A program made the translations under genes and the position numbers. Below, piece by piece: positions 20,571 through 29,988 of a stretch of DNA of 64,000 nt. The notes beneath the pieces are model-generated. The model did no database searches. It saw only the letters and a program-made list of their open reading frames with translations, and was not told where the DNA came from. Position 1 is the stretch's first letter; each line of letters starts with the position of its first letter. This stretch comes from an uncultured delta proteobacterium. GTDB taxonomy: Bacteria; Desulfobacterota; Desulfuromonadia; Geobacterales; DSM-12255. The stretch covers positions 96,001 to 160,000 of the forward strand of contig CAWBBV010000001.1 in the NCBI GenBank assembly GCA_963787125.1, in the 5' to 3' direction.

Positions 20571-22700
20571 ATGGGTCTGATGAAAATTATCGCCGTTGCT
20601 TGTGTCTATCTCCTGACAGCAGAACTCGGGTTTCTGCTGGCGCTTGATCAGACCAATGCCAGTGCCGTCTGGCCCCCCGCAGGAATTGCCCTGGCAGCCT
20701 GCCTGGTATTCGGGATCCGCATCTGGCCCGGTATTTTTCTGGGCGCCTTTCTTGCCAACAGCATCATGCTGGCAGGCACCCCTTTTTCAACGCTGCCAGC
20801 CCTGATGGTTTCATTGAGCACGGCGGGCGGCAATACCCTCGAAGCGCTGCTGGGCGCCTGGCTCGTGCGCCGATTCATCCCCGGTCGGCTTCCGTTCGAG
20901 CGCACTCAGGACGCCTTCCGCTTCATTCTGCTGGGTGCTCTGGCAAGTCCGTGTGTCAGCGCAACCATCGGCGGTATCAGTTTTTGTCTTTACAGCAGCG
21001 ACTGGTCCCGTTGGGGGCAGATCCTGCTGACCTGGTGGTTGGGCGATGCTGTCGGCGTCATCGTCTTTGCCCCATTGCTGCTTACCTGGAAAAATCGTAG
21101 CTTGCTTCGCTGGGACAAGAGTAAGGCGGCTGAAACTGTGGCTCTATTAGCCCTGCTGCTGTTTACGGAACTGATCATCTTTCCGCTGAATGCTCCTGTT
21201 GAGTATCTGCTCATTCCGCTGCTTTTCTGGACTGCTTTCCGTTTCGGTCAGTTCGAGTCTGCTGTTACCGTTACCCTGGCCATGGTGACTTTTCTGCTCT
21301 GGACCGTTAACGGTTTCGGCCCTTTTGCCGGTCAGCCGATTAATACAACGCTCCTGTTTCTCCAGTCATATATTGGCGTGGCATCAGCTGCTACTCTCAT
21401 TCTTTCGACACTTATAGCTGCCCGCAACCGGGCTGAGAGTCAGTTGCTGGACTACCAGACCAATTTGGAAAAACTGGTCACGGCGCGGACTGCTGAACTG
21501 CAGCAAGCCAATGTGCGTCTCGCGGAAGAGGTTGAAGAGCGTGTCCGGGCCGAACAGACGCTCATTGAACGCGAGTCGCAGTATCGCGACCTGGTGGAGA
21601 GCGCCAACTGTGTTATCCTTCGTTGGTTGCCGGATGGCAGGATCACATTTTTCAATCGATTTGCCCTTAATTTTTTCGGGTATAGTGAAGAGGAGATAGT
21701 GAACCGTAACATCCTTGACACGGTTGTTCCCAACGAGGATTCCAACGGCCACGAGCTCAAATATCTGGCTGCGGACATTGTTGCCAATCCGCAAGCCTAT
21801 GAGAGAAACGAAAATGAGAATGTTCGCAAGAATGGGGAACGGGTCTGGGTTGCCTGGACCAACAAGCCGATTCTCCAAACTGATGGAACTGTCACGGAAA
21901 TTCTCTCCATCGGTGTTGACATCACCCGATTGGTAAATACTGAGCGGGAACTGCGGCAGACTCTGGATGAGCTTGCCGTTGCCAAGGAGCATGCCGAGGC
22001 TGCTGACCGGATGAAATCGGCCTTCCTTGCCACCATGTCCCATGAGCTCCGCACGCCGCTCAACTCCATTATCGGTTTTACCGGTATTCTGCTGCAGCGC
22101 CTGGGCGGGCCGCTCAACGAGGAGCAGGAAAAGCAGCTGACCATGGTAAAAACGAGCGCCAATCATCTTTTGTCGCTGATCAGTGACGTGTTGGACCTTT
22201 CCAAGATCGAAGCCGGTCAGTTGACCGTGGCGTGCGTGCCACTGGACCTGAAGGCCACAATAGGCAAGGTTGTTCAGAGTGTGCGTCCACTGGTGGAAAA
22301 GAAAGGCCTTGAATTACACGTCGATCTGGCAGACAACGTCGACAGTGTCAATGCCGATGAGCGCAGAGTGGAACAAATTCTGCTCAACCTGCTCAGTAAC
22401 GCCGTCAAATTTACCGAACAGGGTGCAATCTCGATCCGCTGCGTCCGCGCAGCGCGAGAGTATGTGCTTGCCGTGACTGACACCGGCATCGGCATCACGG
22501 AGAATGACTTGAAGCGGCTGTTTGAGCCGTTCTACCAGATTGATACCGGCTTGAGCCGCAAATATGAAGGCACCGGTCTGGGGCTTTCTATTTCTAAAAA
22601 AATGGTAGAATTGATGGGTGGCACTATCCGGGTTGAAAGCTGTCCGGGGACAGGGAGCAGCTTCATATTTACACTTCCGTTGGAAAGGAGTCCGGCATGA
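20571..22700 (+). CDS. MASE1-PAS histidine kinase
   Basis: WPPAGIALA and [12 protein letters not shown]1 motifs; [17 protein letters not shown]. Confidence 0.9.
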   Translation: MGLMKIIAVACVYLLTAELGFLLALDQTNASAVWPPAGIALAACLVFGIRIWPGIFLGAFLANSIMLAGTPFSTLPALMVSLSTAGGNTLEALLGAWLVRRFIPGRLPFERTQDAFRFILLGALASPCVSATIGGISFCLYSSDWSRWGQILLTWWLGDAVGVIVFAPLLLTWKNRSLLRWDKSKAAETVALLALLLFTELIIFPLNAPVEYLLIPLLFWTAFRFGQFESAVTVTLAMVTFLLWTVNGFGPFAGQPINTTLLFLQSYIGVASAATLILSTLIAARNRAESQLLDYQTNLEKLVTARTAELQQANVRLAEEVEERVRAEQTLIERESQYRDLVESANCVILRWLPDGRITFFNRFALNFFGYSEEEIVNRNILDTVVPNEDSNGHELKYLAADIVANPQAYERNENENVRKNGERVWVAWTNKPILQTDGTVTEILSIGVDITRLVNTERELRQTLDELAVAKEHAEAADRMKSAFLATMSHELRTPLNSIIGFTGILLQRLGGPLNEEQEKQLTMVKTSANHLLSLISDVLDLSKIEAGQLTVACVPLDLKATIGKVVQSVRPLVEKKGLELHVDLADNVDSVNADERRVEQILLNLLSNAVKFTEQGAISIRCVRAAREYVLAVTDTGIGITENDLKRLFEPFYQIDTGLSRKYEGTGLGLSISKKMVELMGGTIRVESCPGTGSSFIFTLPLERSPA

Positions 22701-23086
22701 AAAAAAAGATTCTCTATATTGAGGATAATGAGCAAAATCTGTATCTGGTGACCTTTATCCTGGAAAAGCATGGCTATGAGGTTCATGCCGCAATGGACGG
22801 TCAGGCGGGTATCGATAGCGCTGCCAGGCTGTTGCCGGATCTGATCCTTCTGGATATTCAGCTGCCGCAGATGGATGGCTATGCCGTTGCCCGGCAGTTA
22901 CGGGCCAATGCCGTTCTTGCCGGGGTACCGATTGTGGCGGTTACTTCCTACGCAATGGCCGGTGACCGTGAAAAAGCGCTTGCTGCCGGCTGCAACGGTT
23001 ACATTGAAAAACCGATCAACCCGGATACGTTCATGGCTCAGGTAGAGATGCATCTGTCGTCAGCCGGTGAGCAGGGGGTATTGTAA
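22697..23086 (+). CDS. Single-domain response regulator (DivK-like)
   Basis: ILYIEDNE, LLDIQLP and AGCNGYIEKP. Confidence 0.9.
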   Translation: MKKKILYIEDNEQNLYLVTFILEKHGYEVHAAMDGQAGIDSAARLLPDLILLDIQLPQMDGYAVARQLRANAVLAGVPIVAVTSYAMAGDREKALAAGCNGYIEKPINPDTFMAQVEMHLSSAGEQGVL

Positions 23087-23088
23087 TC

Positions 23089-24771
23089 ATGGAAAGCATA
23101 CTGATTGTCGATGATCTCCCCGAAAATCTCTATTTCCTGGAAGTGTTGCTGAAAGGGAACGGGTTTGCGGTGCAATCCGCCAGTAATGGCGCAGAAGCGC
23201 TTGTTATAGCCCGTAACAATCCGCCTGACCTGGTAGTGGCCGATATCCTGATGCCGGTGATGGACGGTTATCTCCTCTGCCGGGAGTGGCGCGCTGACAA
23301 GCGGCTCAAGCAGATACCATTCATATTCTACACGGCCACTTTTACCGAAAAAAATGATGAGAAACTGGCGCTTGGTCTCGGCGCCGACCGCTTTATCGTC
23401 AAACCCCAGGAACCGGATACCTTGCTGGCAATTATTCGCGAGGTACTCGCAGCTCCCCGGAGCAGTGTTGCGTTAACGGATGGCCCATCTCCGAATGAAA
23501 GCGAGCTTGTTACGGCTTACAATGAAGCCCTGATCCGCAAGCTGGAAAAGAAAATGTCCGACCTGGAAAGCGTTAACAAGGCGCTTGAACAGCAGATAGA
23601 AGCCCAGAAGCGTCTTGAAGAGCAGCTGCGCCATGCGCAGAAGATGGAGGCAATCGGTCGCTTCTCTGCCGGCATTGCTCACGATTTGAACAATATCCTC
23701 TCAGTTGTTCTCGGCTACAGTACGTTACTGCAGATGCAGATGTCCTCTGCTGATCCGCAACGAAAAATGATCGATCAGATTCTTACCGCCGTAGACAGAG
23801 CGGCGAATCTGACTCGAAGTCTCCTGGTTTTCAGCCGAAAGCAGGAAATCAAACTGCAACCGCTCGACCTGAATAAATGTATCAGGAATGTGGAAACTTT
23901 TCTGCACAGGATTATTGGTGAAGACATCAAGCTGGTTACGTCGCTTGCGGAGGAAGCTATCCTGATCCATGCTGATGGCGGCAATATTGAACAGGTTTTG
24001 ATGAATCTGGCGACCAATGCACGTGACGCCATGGCTGCTGGCGGTATTCTGTCAATCAATACAGGAATTGTTGTGATAGACGAGGAATTTATCCGGATGC
24101 ATGGCTATGGAACACCCGGACGTTATGCTTTTGTCACCTTTGCTGACACGGGCTGCGGCATGGACGAAGCGACCCGGCAAAAGATATTCGAACCCTTTTT
24201 TACTACCAAGGAGAGTGGCAAGGGGACGGGATTGGGACTGGCAATCATCTACAGTATTATCGAACAGCATCATGGACATGTCAGTGTCTATAGCGATCCG
24301 GGGGAAGGGACCACGTTCAGAATCATCCTGCCGCTCTTGCCGGACGAAAGTTCCTTGCCGGAGAGAGAAGCATGCTGCCAACCGTTGCGGGGGGGGGATG
24401 AAACCATACTGATCGTTGATGACGAACTTGCAATCAGGGAGTACCTGCAGATATTTTTGACGACCCTCGGGTATAGAGTGCTGCTTGCTCAGGATGGCCG
24501 GGAAGCAATTCAGGTTTATTGTGACCCGGGAGCTGCCGTCGATCTTGTGCTGATGGATGTTATCATGCCGAATATGAATGGCAGTGAGGCTGCCCTTGAG
24601 ATCAGGAGAATTAACAACGCAGCAAAAATTATTTTTACCAGCGGCTATCCGTACGACCTTATTCATGAACGAAAACTGCTGGAAGATGATGCTGAGCTTC
24701 TAATGAAGCCACTGACGCCGACTGATCTTGCCGAAAAATTGCGGGCTGTTCTCGATAAAAGGAATATATAA
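23089..24771 (+). CDS. Hybrid kinase REC-HisKA-HATPase-REC
   Basis: Two REC domains; [17 protein letters not shown]. Confidence 0.9.
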   Translation: MESILIVDDLPENLYFLEVLLKGNGFAVQSASNGAEALVIARNNPPDLVVADILMPVMDGYLLCREWRADKRLKQIPFIFYTATFTEKNDEKLALGLGADRFIVKPQEPDTLLAIIREVLAAPRSSVALTDGPSPNESELVTAYNEALIRKLEKKMSDLESVNKALEQQIEAQKRLEEQLRHAQKMEAIGRFSAGIAHDLNNILSVVLGYSTLLQMQMSSADPQRKMIDQILTAVDRAANLTRSLLVFSRKQEIKLQPLDLNKCIRNVETFLHRIIGEDIKLVTSLAEEAILIHADGGNIEQVLMNLATNARDAMAAGGILSINTGIVVIDEEFIRMHGYGTPGRYAFVTFADTGCGMDEATRQKIFEPFFTTKESGKGTGLGLAIIYSIIEQHHGHVSVYSDPGEGTTFRIILPLLPDESSLPEREACCQPLRGGDETILIVDDELAIREYLQIFLTTLGYRVLLAQDGREAIQVYCDPGAAVDLVLMDVIMPNMNGSEAALEIRRINNAAKIIFTSGYPYDLIHERKLLEDDAELLMKPLTPTDLAEKLRAVLDKRNI

Positions 24772-24777
24772 AGGTTA

Positions 24778-24999
24778 AGTTGGACAAATCCTTCTGGCAC
24801 CTCAAAAAAAATTCAGGAAGTGCTCCCCATCTGCATGGAGTGCGGCAAGGTCAAAACAGCCGATTCATCCTGGGAGGATGTGGTCGGCTTTCTAAAAAAA
24901 CATTCCTTGTTTCTCAGCCATGGCTACTGTCCGGATTGCGCCGACAAGATAATCAGCAGTTTACAAATAAACCCAACTAAGCGTGGAGATGCTCAATGA
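24778..24999 (+). pseudogene. Orphan 3' fragment of the Zn-domain response regulator (direct repeat copy 2)
   Basis: Homologous to 18406-18620; A8 instead of A7 shifts the frame; the homologous frame ends ...SHGYCPDCADKIISSLQINPTKRGDAQ* with ATGA overlap on the B12 gene. Confidence 0.85.
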
Positions 25000-25661
25000 T
25001 AACGGTAAATGACGGCTTTGCAGCCACACTTAGAGAGGATTTTCTTAACGAAATTCTTGCTGGTAAACGCAAGCCCGCGCTGGAAATTATTATGAATGCC
25101 TACCATGGAGGCTATCCGATACCAGGTATCTATATGGATGTTTTTCAGGAAGCTCTTTACGAGATTGGCCGCCTCTGGGAAACAAATCAGATTACTGTGG
25201 CTGACGAACATATGGGGACCGCCATAACCCAGTATGTCATGTCGAATCTGTACCAGTATCTCGAAGTTGCAGACAGCCGGAGGGGCAAGCTCGTTATGAC
25301 CGGCGTTCAGGGGGAACTGCACCAGGTAGGAGCCAATATGGTTGCGGATGTTATGGAAGCTGACGGCTGGGATGTCATGTTTCTGGGCACCAATGTACCT
25401 GCCGAGGGCGTTATAGAGTCAATCAGGCAGCACAAGGCCGATCTTTTCGGGATTTCATCAACCATGTATTTCAATATTCCCAAGGTGATCGAGCTAGTTG
25501 AAGCAACGCGTAAGGAGTTCGGTGATTCAATCAGAATAATGCTGGGAGGCGGGGCATTCAGGTCGCTCCCGAAACTGCCGCCGGAACTGGAAGGCTGCAT
25601 TGTTGCCCTCAGTCTACGCGAAGCACTGGACACGACACGGACGCTAGAGAATAACGCGTAG
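24996..25661 (+). CDS. Stand-alone cobalamin-binding protein (four-helix cap plus Rossmann B12 domain), CarH/AerR-like
   Basis: W-ETNQITVAD-EH (Wx9EH); GELHQVG (ExHxxG); GWDVMFLG; IMLGGGAF. Confidence 0.9.
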   Translation: MITVNDGFAATLREDFLNEILAGKRKPALEIIMNAYHGGYPIPGIYMDVFQEALYEIGRLWETNQITVADEHMGTAITQYVMSNLYQYLEVADSRRGKLVMTGVQGELHQVGANMVADVMEADGWDVMFLGTNVPAEGVIESIRQHKADLFGISSTMYFNIPKVIELVEATRKEFGDSIRIMLGGGAFRSLPKLPPELEGCIVALSLREALDTTRTLENNA

Positions 25662-25718
25662 CTACAAAAGCCCCTGCTCCACAAAACTGAAGTAACTGCC
25701 GGCGCCGATGATCGTATG
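25662..25718 (-). repeat. Duplicated radC 3' end (att-like direct repeat)
   Basis: Encodes HTIIGAGSYFSFVEQGLL*; 33-bp identical core with 27278-27310. Confidence 0.9.
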
Positions 25719-25853
25719 AGCGGAAATGCAGCGCAGGACTATTTTACATAATATCAGGCAGTCACGCCTGAATTGGGCAAGCCGAAGTAACTGAAATTTT
25801 AATCTTACGTTCAATTCTAGTGCGGACCGATGCGGAGATTGGCGGTGAACAGG

Positions 25854-27110
25854 TCATACCGTGGCATCACGTCCCCACAAAGTTGAGATGGGGACTGCGC
25901 AAAGTCGATCTCCCAGCGGCATGATTTCCTCGCCATCATATAACACCACACCCATTTTGAAGCAGTCGCCCGTAGTTGAGGCCAATCGCTTGAGCCCCTT
26001 AAGATCGCTTGACTTTATTGAGGCGGTAGCCTTGACCTCCACCCCTATCAACTGACCACCGGCATCTTCAATAACGATATCAACCTCATATTGATCATGA
26101 TCCCGATAGTAAAGCAGCTGGTAATCACCATCAGCAGTTGCCGCATGCTTGCGAAGCTCACCATATACGAAGGTTTCCAGTAAACTGCCGAACCCGCTGC
26201 GATTCTGCCCTGCCCCAGCCGATGAAACATCAAGCAGAGTAGCAAGCAGCCCCGAATCAATAAACTGAAGTTTTGGGGTTTTAACTACCCGGCTCAGACG
26301 ATTGGCCGCATAGACGTCAATGCGCCTGAGCAGAAACATCTGTTCAAACAGGCCGACATAGCGAGCTGCTGTTTTGTGATCAAGCCGCAACTGACCGCCC
26401 AGCTGGCTATAGTTGCAGAGTTGCCCGGAAACCTGCGCCAACGCCCGCAGAAAACGAGGGAGTAAATCGAGGCGATCTACGCCGGCCAGGTCACGCACAT
26501 CACGCTGGATAAGCGCATCAATATACTGCCTGGACCACGCCGTGCGACGCCGCGCTGTTGCGCGGGAAGCAGCTTCCGGATAACCGCCGCGCAGTACCGC
26601 TTCAACAAGTTCATTACCTGTCAGCACTATATGAGGTTCCGGAAAACGCCCGCTGAAGACTGAATCAAGCCAGTTGGTCGTGCCGCCATGCATCTCGCTT
26701 TGCGACAGGGGGAGCAATGACAGAGTCTCCATTCTACCCGCCAGCGAGTCTGCTACAGCCGGCAGCGTCATTAGATTCGCCGAACCGGTTAACAGAAAGC
26801 GCCCGGGGCGCCGGTCTTCATCTATTGTTTTCTTAATGGCCAGCAGCAACTGCGGCGCGCGCTGGATTTCATCAATGACAACTCTGCCCTGGACACGAAT
26901 CATCCCCACAGGATCTTCCACTGCAGCTAATCGGGTCATTTCGTCATCAAGTGTGAGGTAGCGCATTCCGCGAGTGGCTGCTACCCGGCGCACCAAAGTC
27001 GTTTTTCCAGCCTGACGTGGTCCGGAAATCATGACAACGGGTGTATCTGTCAATGCTTCAATAACTCTCGGTTCAACATGTCGGGGATATACAGTCAAGG
27101 GAGTGCTCAT
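25854..27110 (-). CDS. AAA_14 ATPase with DUF4143 domain
   Basis: GPRQAGKT, VIDEIQ, LTGS and RGGYP motifs; C-terminal EVD...IGVEVK PD-(D/E)xK-like motif. Confidence 0.9.
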   Translation of the reverse strand: MSTPLTVYPRHVEPRVIEALTDTPVVMISGPRQAGKTTLVRRVAATRGMRYLTLDDEMTRLAAVEDPVGMIRVQGRVVIDEIQRAPQLLLAIKKTIDEDRRPGRFLLTGSANLMTLPAVADSLAGRMETLSLLPLSQSEMHGGTTNWLDSVFSGRFPEPHIVLTGNELVEAVLRGGYPEAASRATARRRTAWSRQYIDALIQRDVRDLAGVDRLDLLPRFLRALAQVSGQLCNYSQLGGQLRLDHKTAARYVGLFEQMFLLRRIDVYAANRLSRVVKTPKLQFIDSGLLATLLDVSSAGAGQNRSGFGSLLETFVYGELRKHAATADGDYQLLYYRDHDQYEVDIVIEDAGGQLIGVEVKATASIKSSDLKGLKRLASTTGDCFKMGVVLYDGEEIMPLGDRLCAVPISTLWGRDATV

Positions 27111-27133
27111 AGTGAGGATATACTACCGTGTAG

Positions 27134-27185
27134 TTGGGAATATAACAATATATAATTGGGAATCTGTAGTCGTGTTATTGGGAAT
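27134..27185. promoter_or_regulatory. Three TTGGGAAT direct repeats at 22-bp period upstream of the AAA ATPase
   Basis: Copies start at 27134, 27156 and 27178. Confidence 0.6.
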
Positions 27186-27270
27186 GATACTGATCATGGC
27201 AGCACCATCTGCTGGAATACTGCCATCTGGAGACACTGACGAAGGTGCGATTCATTTCAATTCAACAGTC

Positions 27271-27957
27271 CTAAAGCAGCCCCTGCTCCACAAAACTGAA
27301 GTAACTGCCGTCGCCGATGATGATGTGGTCGAGCACCCGTATCCCGAGAACATCCCCCGCCTCTTTCAGACGCCTGGTGATCTCCCGGTCTTCGCGGCTT
27401 GGCGCTGGATCGCCTGAGGGGTGATTGTGGACAAGAATGACGGCGGCGGCAGACTCTTTCACCGCCCGGCAAAAAACCTCCCGCGGGTGAACGATGCTCT
27501 GATTGAGAGAGCCTTCAGAGACCTGCTCTTCCAGAATTATTCTGTTTTTCCCATCCAGCAGCAGCACGATAAAGTACTCCCGGCGGCGGTCTCTGAAACG
27601 ATAGTGAAAGTGATTGAATATCTGGGCTGGGGCGGTGAATCTTTCGAGGTTTTCAAGCTTGTCGGTGTTAATCCGCTTGCCAAGAGCCAGGGCAGCCAGA
27701 ACGGAGGACGCTTTGGCAGGACCGGCCCCTTTGACGCTGCATATTTCAGTGAATGTTGCCGAGGCGAGTTTGCGGAGATCGCCGAAGGTCTGGAGCATGT
27801 TGCGCCCCAGGTCTATGGCGCTCTGATGAGATGCGTGGTCGCCGGAACGAAGGATAAGTGCCAGGAGCTCAGCATCGCTTAAGGAATCGGCGCCGGCCTG
27901 TTGCAGCTTCTCCCTGGGGCGCTCAGCTTCCGGCCAGTCTTTTATCCCACCCTTCAT
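27271..27957 (-). CDS. radC: RadC (JAB domain) protein
   Basis: ERPREKL, LSDAELLA, VHPREVF and HNHPSGDPAPSRED motifs. Confidence 0.95.
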   Translation of the reverse strand: MKGGIKDWPEAERPREKLQQAGADSLSDAELLALILRSGDHASHQSAIDLGRNMLQTFGDLRKLASATFTEICSVKGAGPAKASSVLAALALGKRINTDKLENLERFTAPAQIFNHFHYRFRDRRREYFIVLLLDGKNRIILEEQVSEGSLNQSIVHPREVFCRAVKESAAAVILVHNHPSGDPAPSREDREITRRLKEAGDVLGIRVLDHIIIGDGSYFSFVEQGLL

Positions 27958-27965
27958 AGCTCCTC

Positions 27966-28769
27966 CTAAACCAGCAGCAGAAAGATCACCCCTGCTGCCA
28001 AGCGATACCAGACAAACGGATAAAGTGAATAGCGCTGCACGAGCTTAAGCAGAAAGACAACACTCAAATAACCGAAAAAGGCCGAGCTTGCCACACCGAT
28101 AAGAAGCGGTGTTGTCTCCCCGGCGGGAATGCCGGTTTTCAGGAGATGCCCGACTTTGAGAATCGCCGCACCGCAGACTATCGGCAAGGAGAGGAGGAAA
28201 GAGAAGCGGGCGGAACTTTCGCGGTTATAGCCGAGCAACAGAGCCGCTGTAATCGTTATTCCGGAGCGGGAAACTCCCGGCACAAGCGCCAGACACTGGG
28301 CAAGCCCGATCAGAAGCGCAGCTTTAAGGGTTATCTTGTCGAGTTTCCATCTTTTTGCCCCGGTCGTATCGGCAAACGCCAGCAGTAGTCCAAAGCTGAT
28401 AAGAAATAAGCAGATAAGAGTTGGACTGTGGCGGAAAATATTCTCAATCGGCTCTTCCAGAGTCTTGCCGACAATAGCTGCCGGCACTGTGCCGATGATG
28501 ATGTACCAGGGTAGGCGGTTTCCTGAAGTCTGCAGGCCTTTCCCGCTGATACTGCTGAAAAAATTGTAGGTCATATCAAAGATGTCGCGCCAGAAATAGA
28601 GCGCCAGCGCAATAAATGAGCCGACATGAAGAGCAACGTCGAAGGTCAGGCCCGATTCAGGCCAGCCTAACAGTTTCGGGATAATGATTAAATGTGCTGA
28701 ACTGCTGATAGGCAGAACTTCGGTGAGGCCTTGAACCGCCCCGAGGACTAATGCGTGCAGATTATTCAT
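27966..28769 (-). CDS. uppP: Undecaprenyl-diphosphatase
   Basis: QGLTEVLPISSSAH and PGVSRSG motifs. Confidence 0.95.
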   Translation of the reverse strand: MNNLHALVLGAVQGLTEVLPISSSAHLIIIPKLLGWPESGLTFDVALHVGSFIALALYFWRDIFDMTYNFFSSISGKGLQTSGNRLPWYIIIGTVPAAIVGKTLEEPIENIFRHSPTLICLFLISFGLLLAFADTTGAKRWKLDKITLKAALLIGLAQCLALVPGVSRSGITITAALLLGYNRESSARFSFLLSLPIVCGAAILKVGHLLKTGIPAGETTPLLIGVASSAFFGYLSVVFLLKLVQRYSLYPFVWYRLAAGVIFLLLV

Positions 28770-28790
28770 TTAAATTTGCTCCTTTGAGGA

Positions 28791-29276
28791 CTACTCGTCC
28801 AGAGATTCACCGGTCGTCTCCATCTCTCTGGTAAGCTCATCAAGAGCTTCATCCTTTTTCCTGAATCTTACAATCAGCCAGTAACAGAGGAAGTAGGCGA
28901 CTACCGCAAGCACAAAGCCGATGATTGAAGAGCCGAGAATGAGTGAACTGGCATTTTTTTTCAGCATCGCCCACTCGAGACCTCTGATTTTAAGTTCACC
29001 AGGAGGTCGTCCCAGCAAAATCCTGCCCAGCTTGTAGCTGAGCCCAAGAATCGGGACGACCGTTAACGGTGTGTTTATCCAGGCGCCGGTAATACAGGTC
29101 AGCTTGTTGAGCCGGAACAGAAAGGCTGCGGCTATCGCCATGGGGGTATGGATACCAAAGAAAGGGGTGAAACTGATAAAAACGCCGACTGCAAAGCCGA
29201 GGGAAATATGCCGGGGATGACTGTCCAGTGAGAGAATTTTCCTGAAGCGTTCTTTCCAGACCTCTTTATTAAGCAA
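28791..29276 (-). CDS. DUF2062 family membrane protein
   Basis: ISLGFAVGVFISFTPFFG and WINTP pattern. Confidence 0.75.
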   Translation of the reverse strand: MLNKEVWKERFRKILSLDSHPRHISLGFAVGVFISFTPFFGIHTPMAIAAAFLFRLNKLTCITGAWINTPLTVVPILGLSYKLGRILLGRPPGELKIRGLEWAMLKKNASSLILGSSIIGFVLAVVAYFLCYWLIVRFRKKDEALDELTREMETTGESLDE

Positions 29277-29375
29277 TAAAATTCTCCAGGAGATTAATTA
29301 AGGTGGAAGTCTAGTGCCGTGGGCTGTTTTTGTCAATTGAAGCCTGCACCAAAGCTGATAAAATTAAGATGCGGC

Positions 29376-29403
29376 TTGACATTCGTGAAGTTACATATAT
29401 AAT
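29376..29403 (+). promoter_or_regulatory. Sigma70-type promoter
   Basis: TTGACA-16bp-TATAAT, overlapped by a TTACATATAT direct repeat. Confidence 0.65.
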
Positions 29404-29554
29404 TTTACATATATTTATCAGAGGGTAAAAATAAAGAAAATCATCTTGATAGCTATGCTGCTTGCTCTGTACCTGCTGGCAGCATGTGGTAAAAAAGAGC
29501 AGGCCCCCACTGCATGAAAGAGTGACATCACATCAATGAAACTGAGGAGCTATA

Positions 29555-29983
29555 GTGTTCTGGTCGAAAAAAACAAAACCGTCCGCCACGGGAGTTGAGG
29601 TTGCGACGCAGTGCCGCAACGAGGCAGAGTCACTTTACAGGTCCGGCAAGTATCATTGTGCTGAAGCTGTTCTGGAAAGCATCCGACGCCAGTTTTCACC
29701 AGATACGCCGGAAGCTGTTGTCAGCACCGTTTCCGGCTTTGGTGGCGGCTCAGGATCCGGCTGCATCTGCGGGGCGGTATCAGGCGCAACGGTTGCGCTG
29801 GGCTTGGTTCTCAATGATAAGAAGCAGACAACTCACCTGACCCGGGAACTGCATACCTGGTTCAAAGGAAAATACGGCATCACCTGCTGCAAGATAATCA
29901 GAAAAGAGAATGATAAAGGCGTCTGTCCGATCCTTACCGGCGAAGTGGCAGGGAAGATTGCAGAAATGCTGGAGAGGAGATGA
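29555..29983 (+). CDS. C_GCAxxG_C_C family redox protein
   Basis: HCAEAV, GFGGG, CGAVSG, CC and C motifs; RBS GAGGAG. Confidence 0.85.
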   Translation: MFWSKKTKPSATGVEVATQCRNEAESLYRSGKYHCAEAVLESIRRQFSPDTPEAVVSTVSGFGGGSGSGCICGAVSGATVALGLVLNDKKQTTHLTRELHTWFKGKYGITCCKIIRKENDKGVCPILTGEVAGKIAEMLERR

Positions 29984-29988
29984 TTACA

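Noticed and set aside
24780..24980. 66-aa ORF as a real gene
   Set aside because: It is the frameshifted reading of the duplicated regulator fragment
29515..29517. TGA as selenocysteine read-through into the redox gene
   Set aside because: Not in frame with 29555; no convincing SECIS hairpin seen
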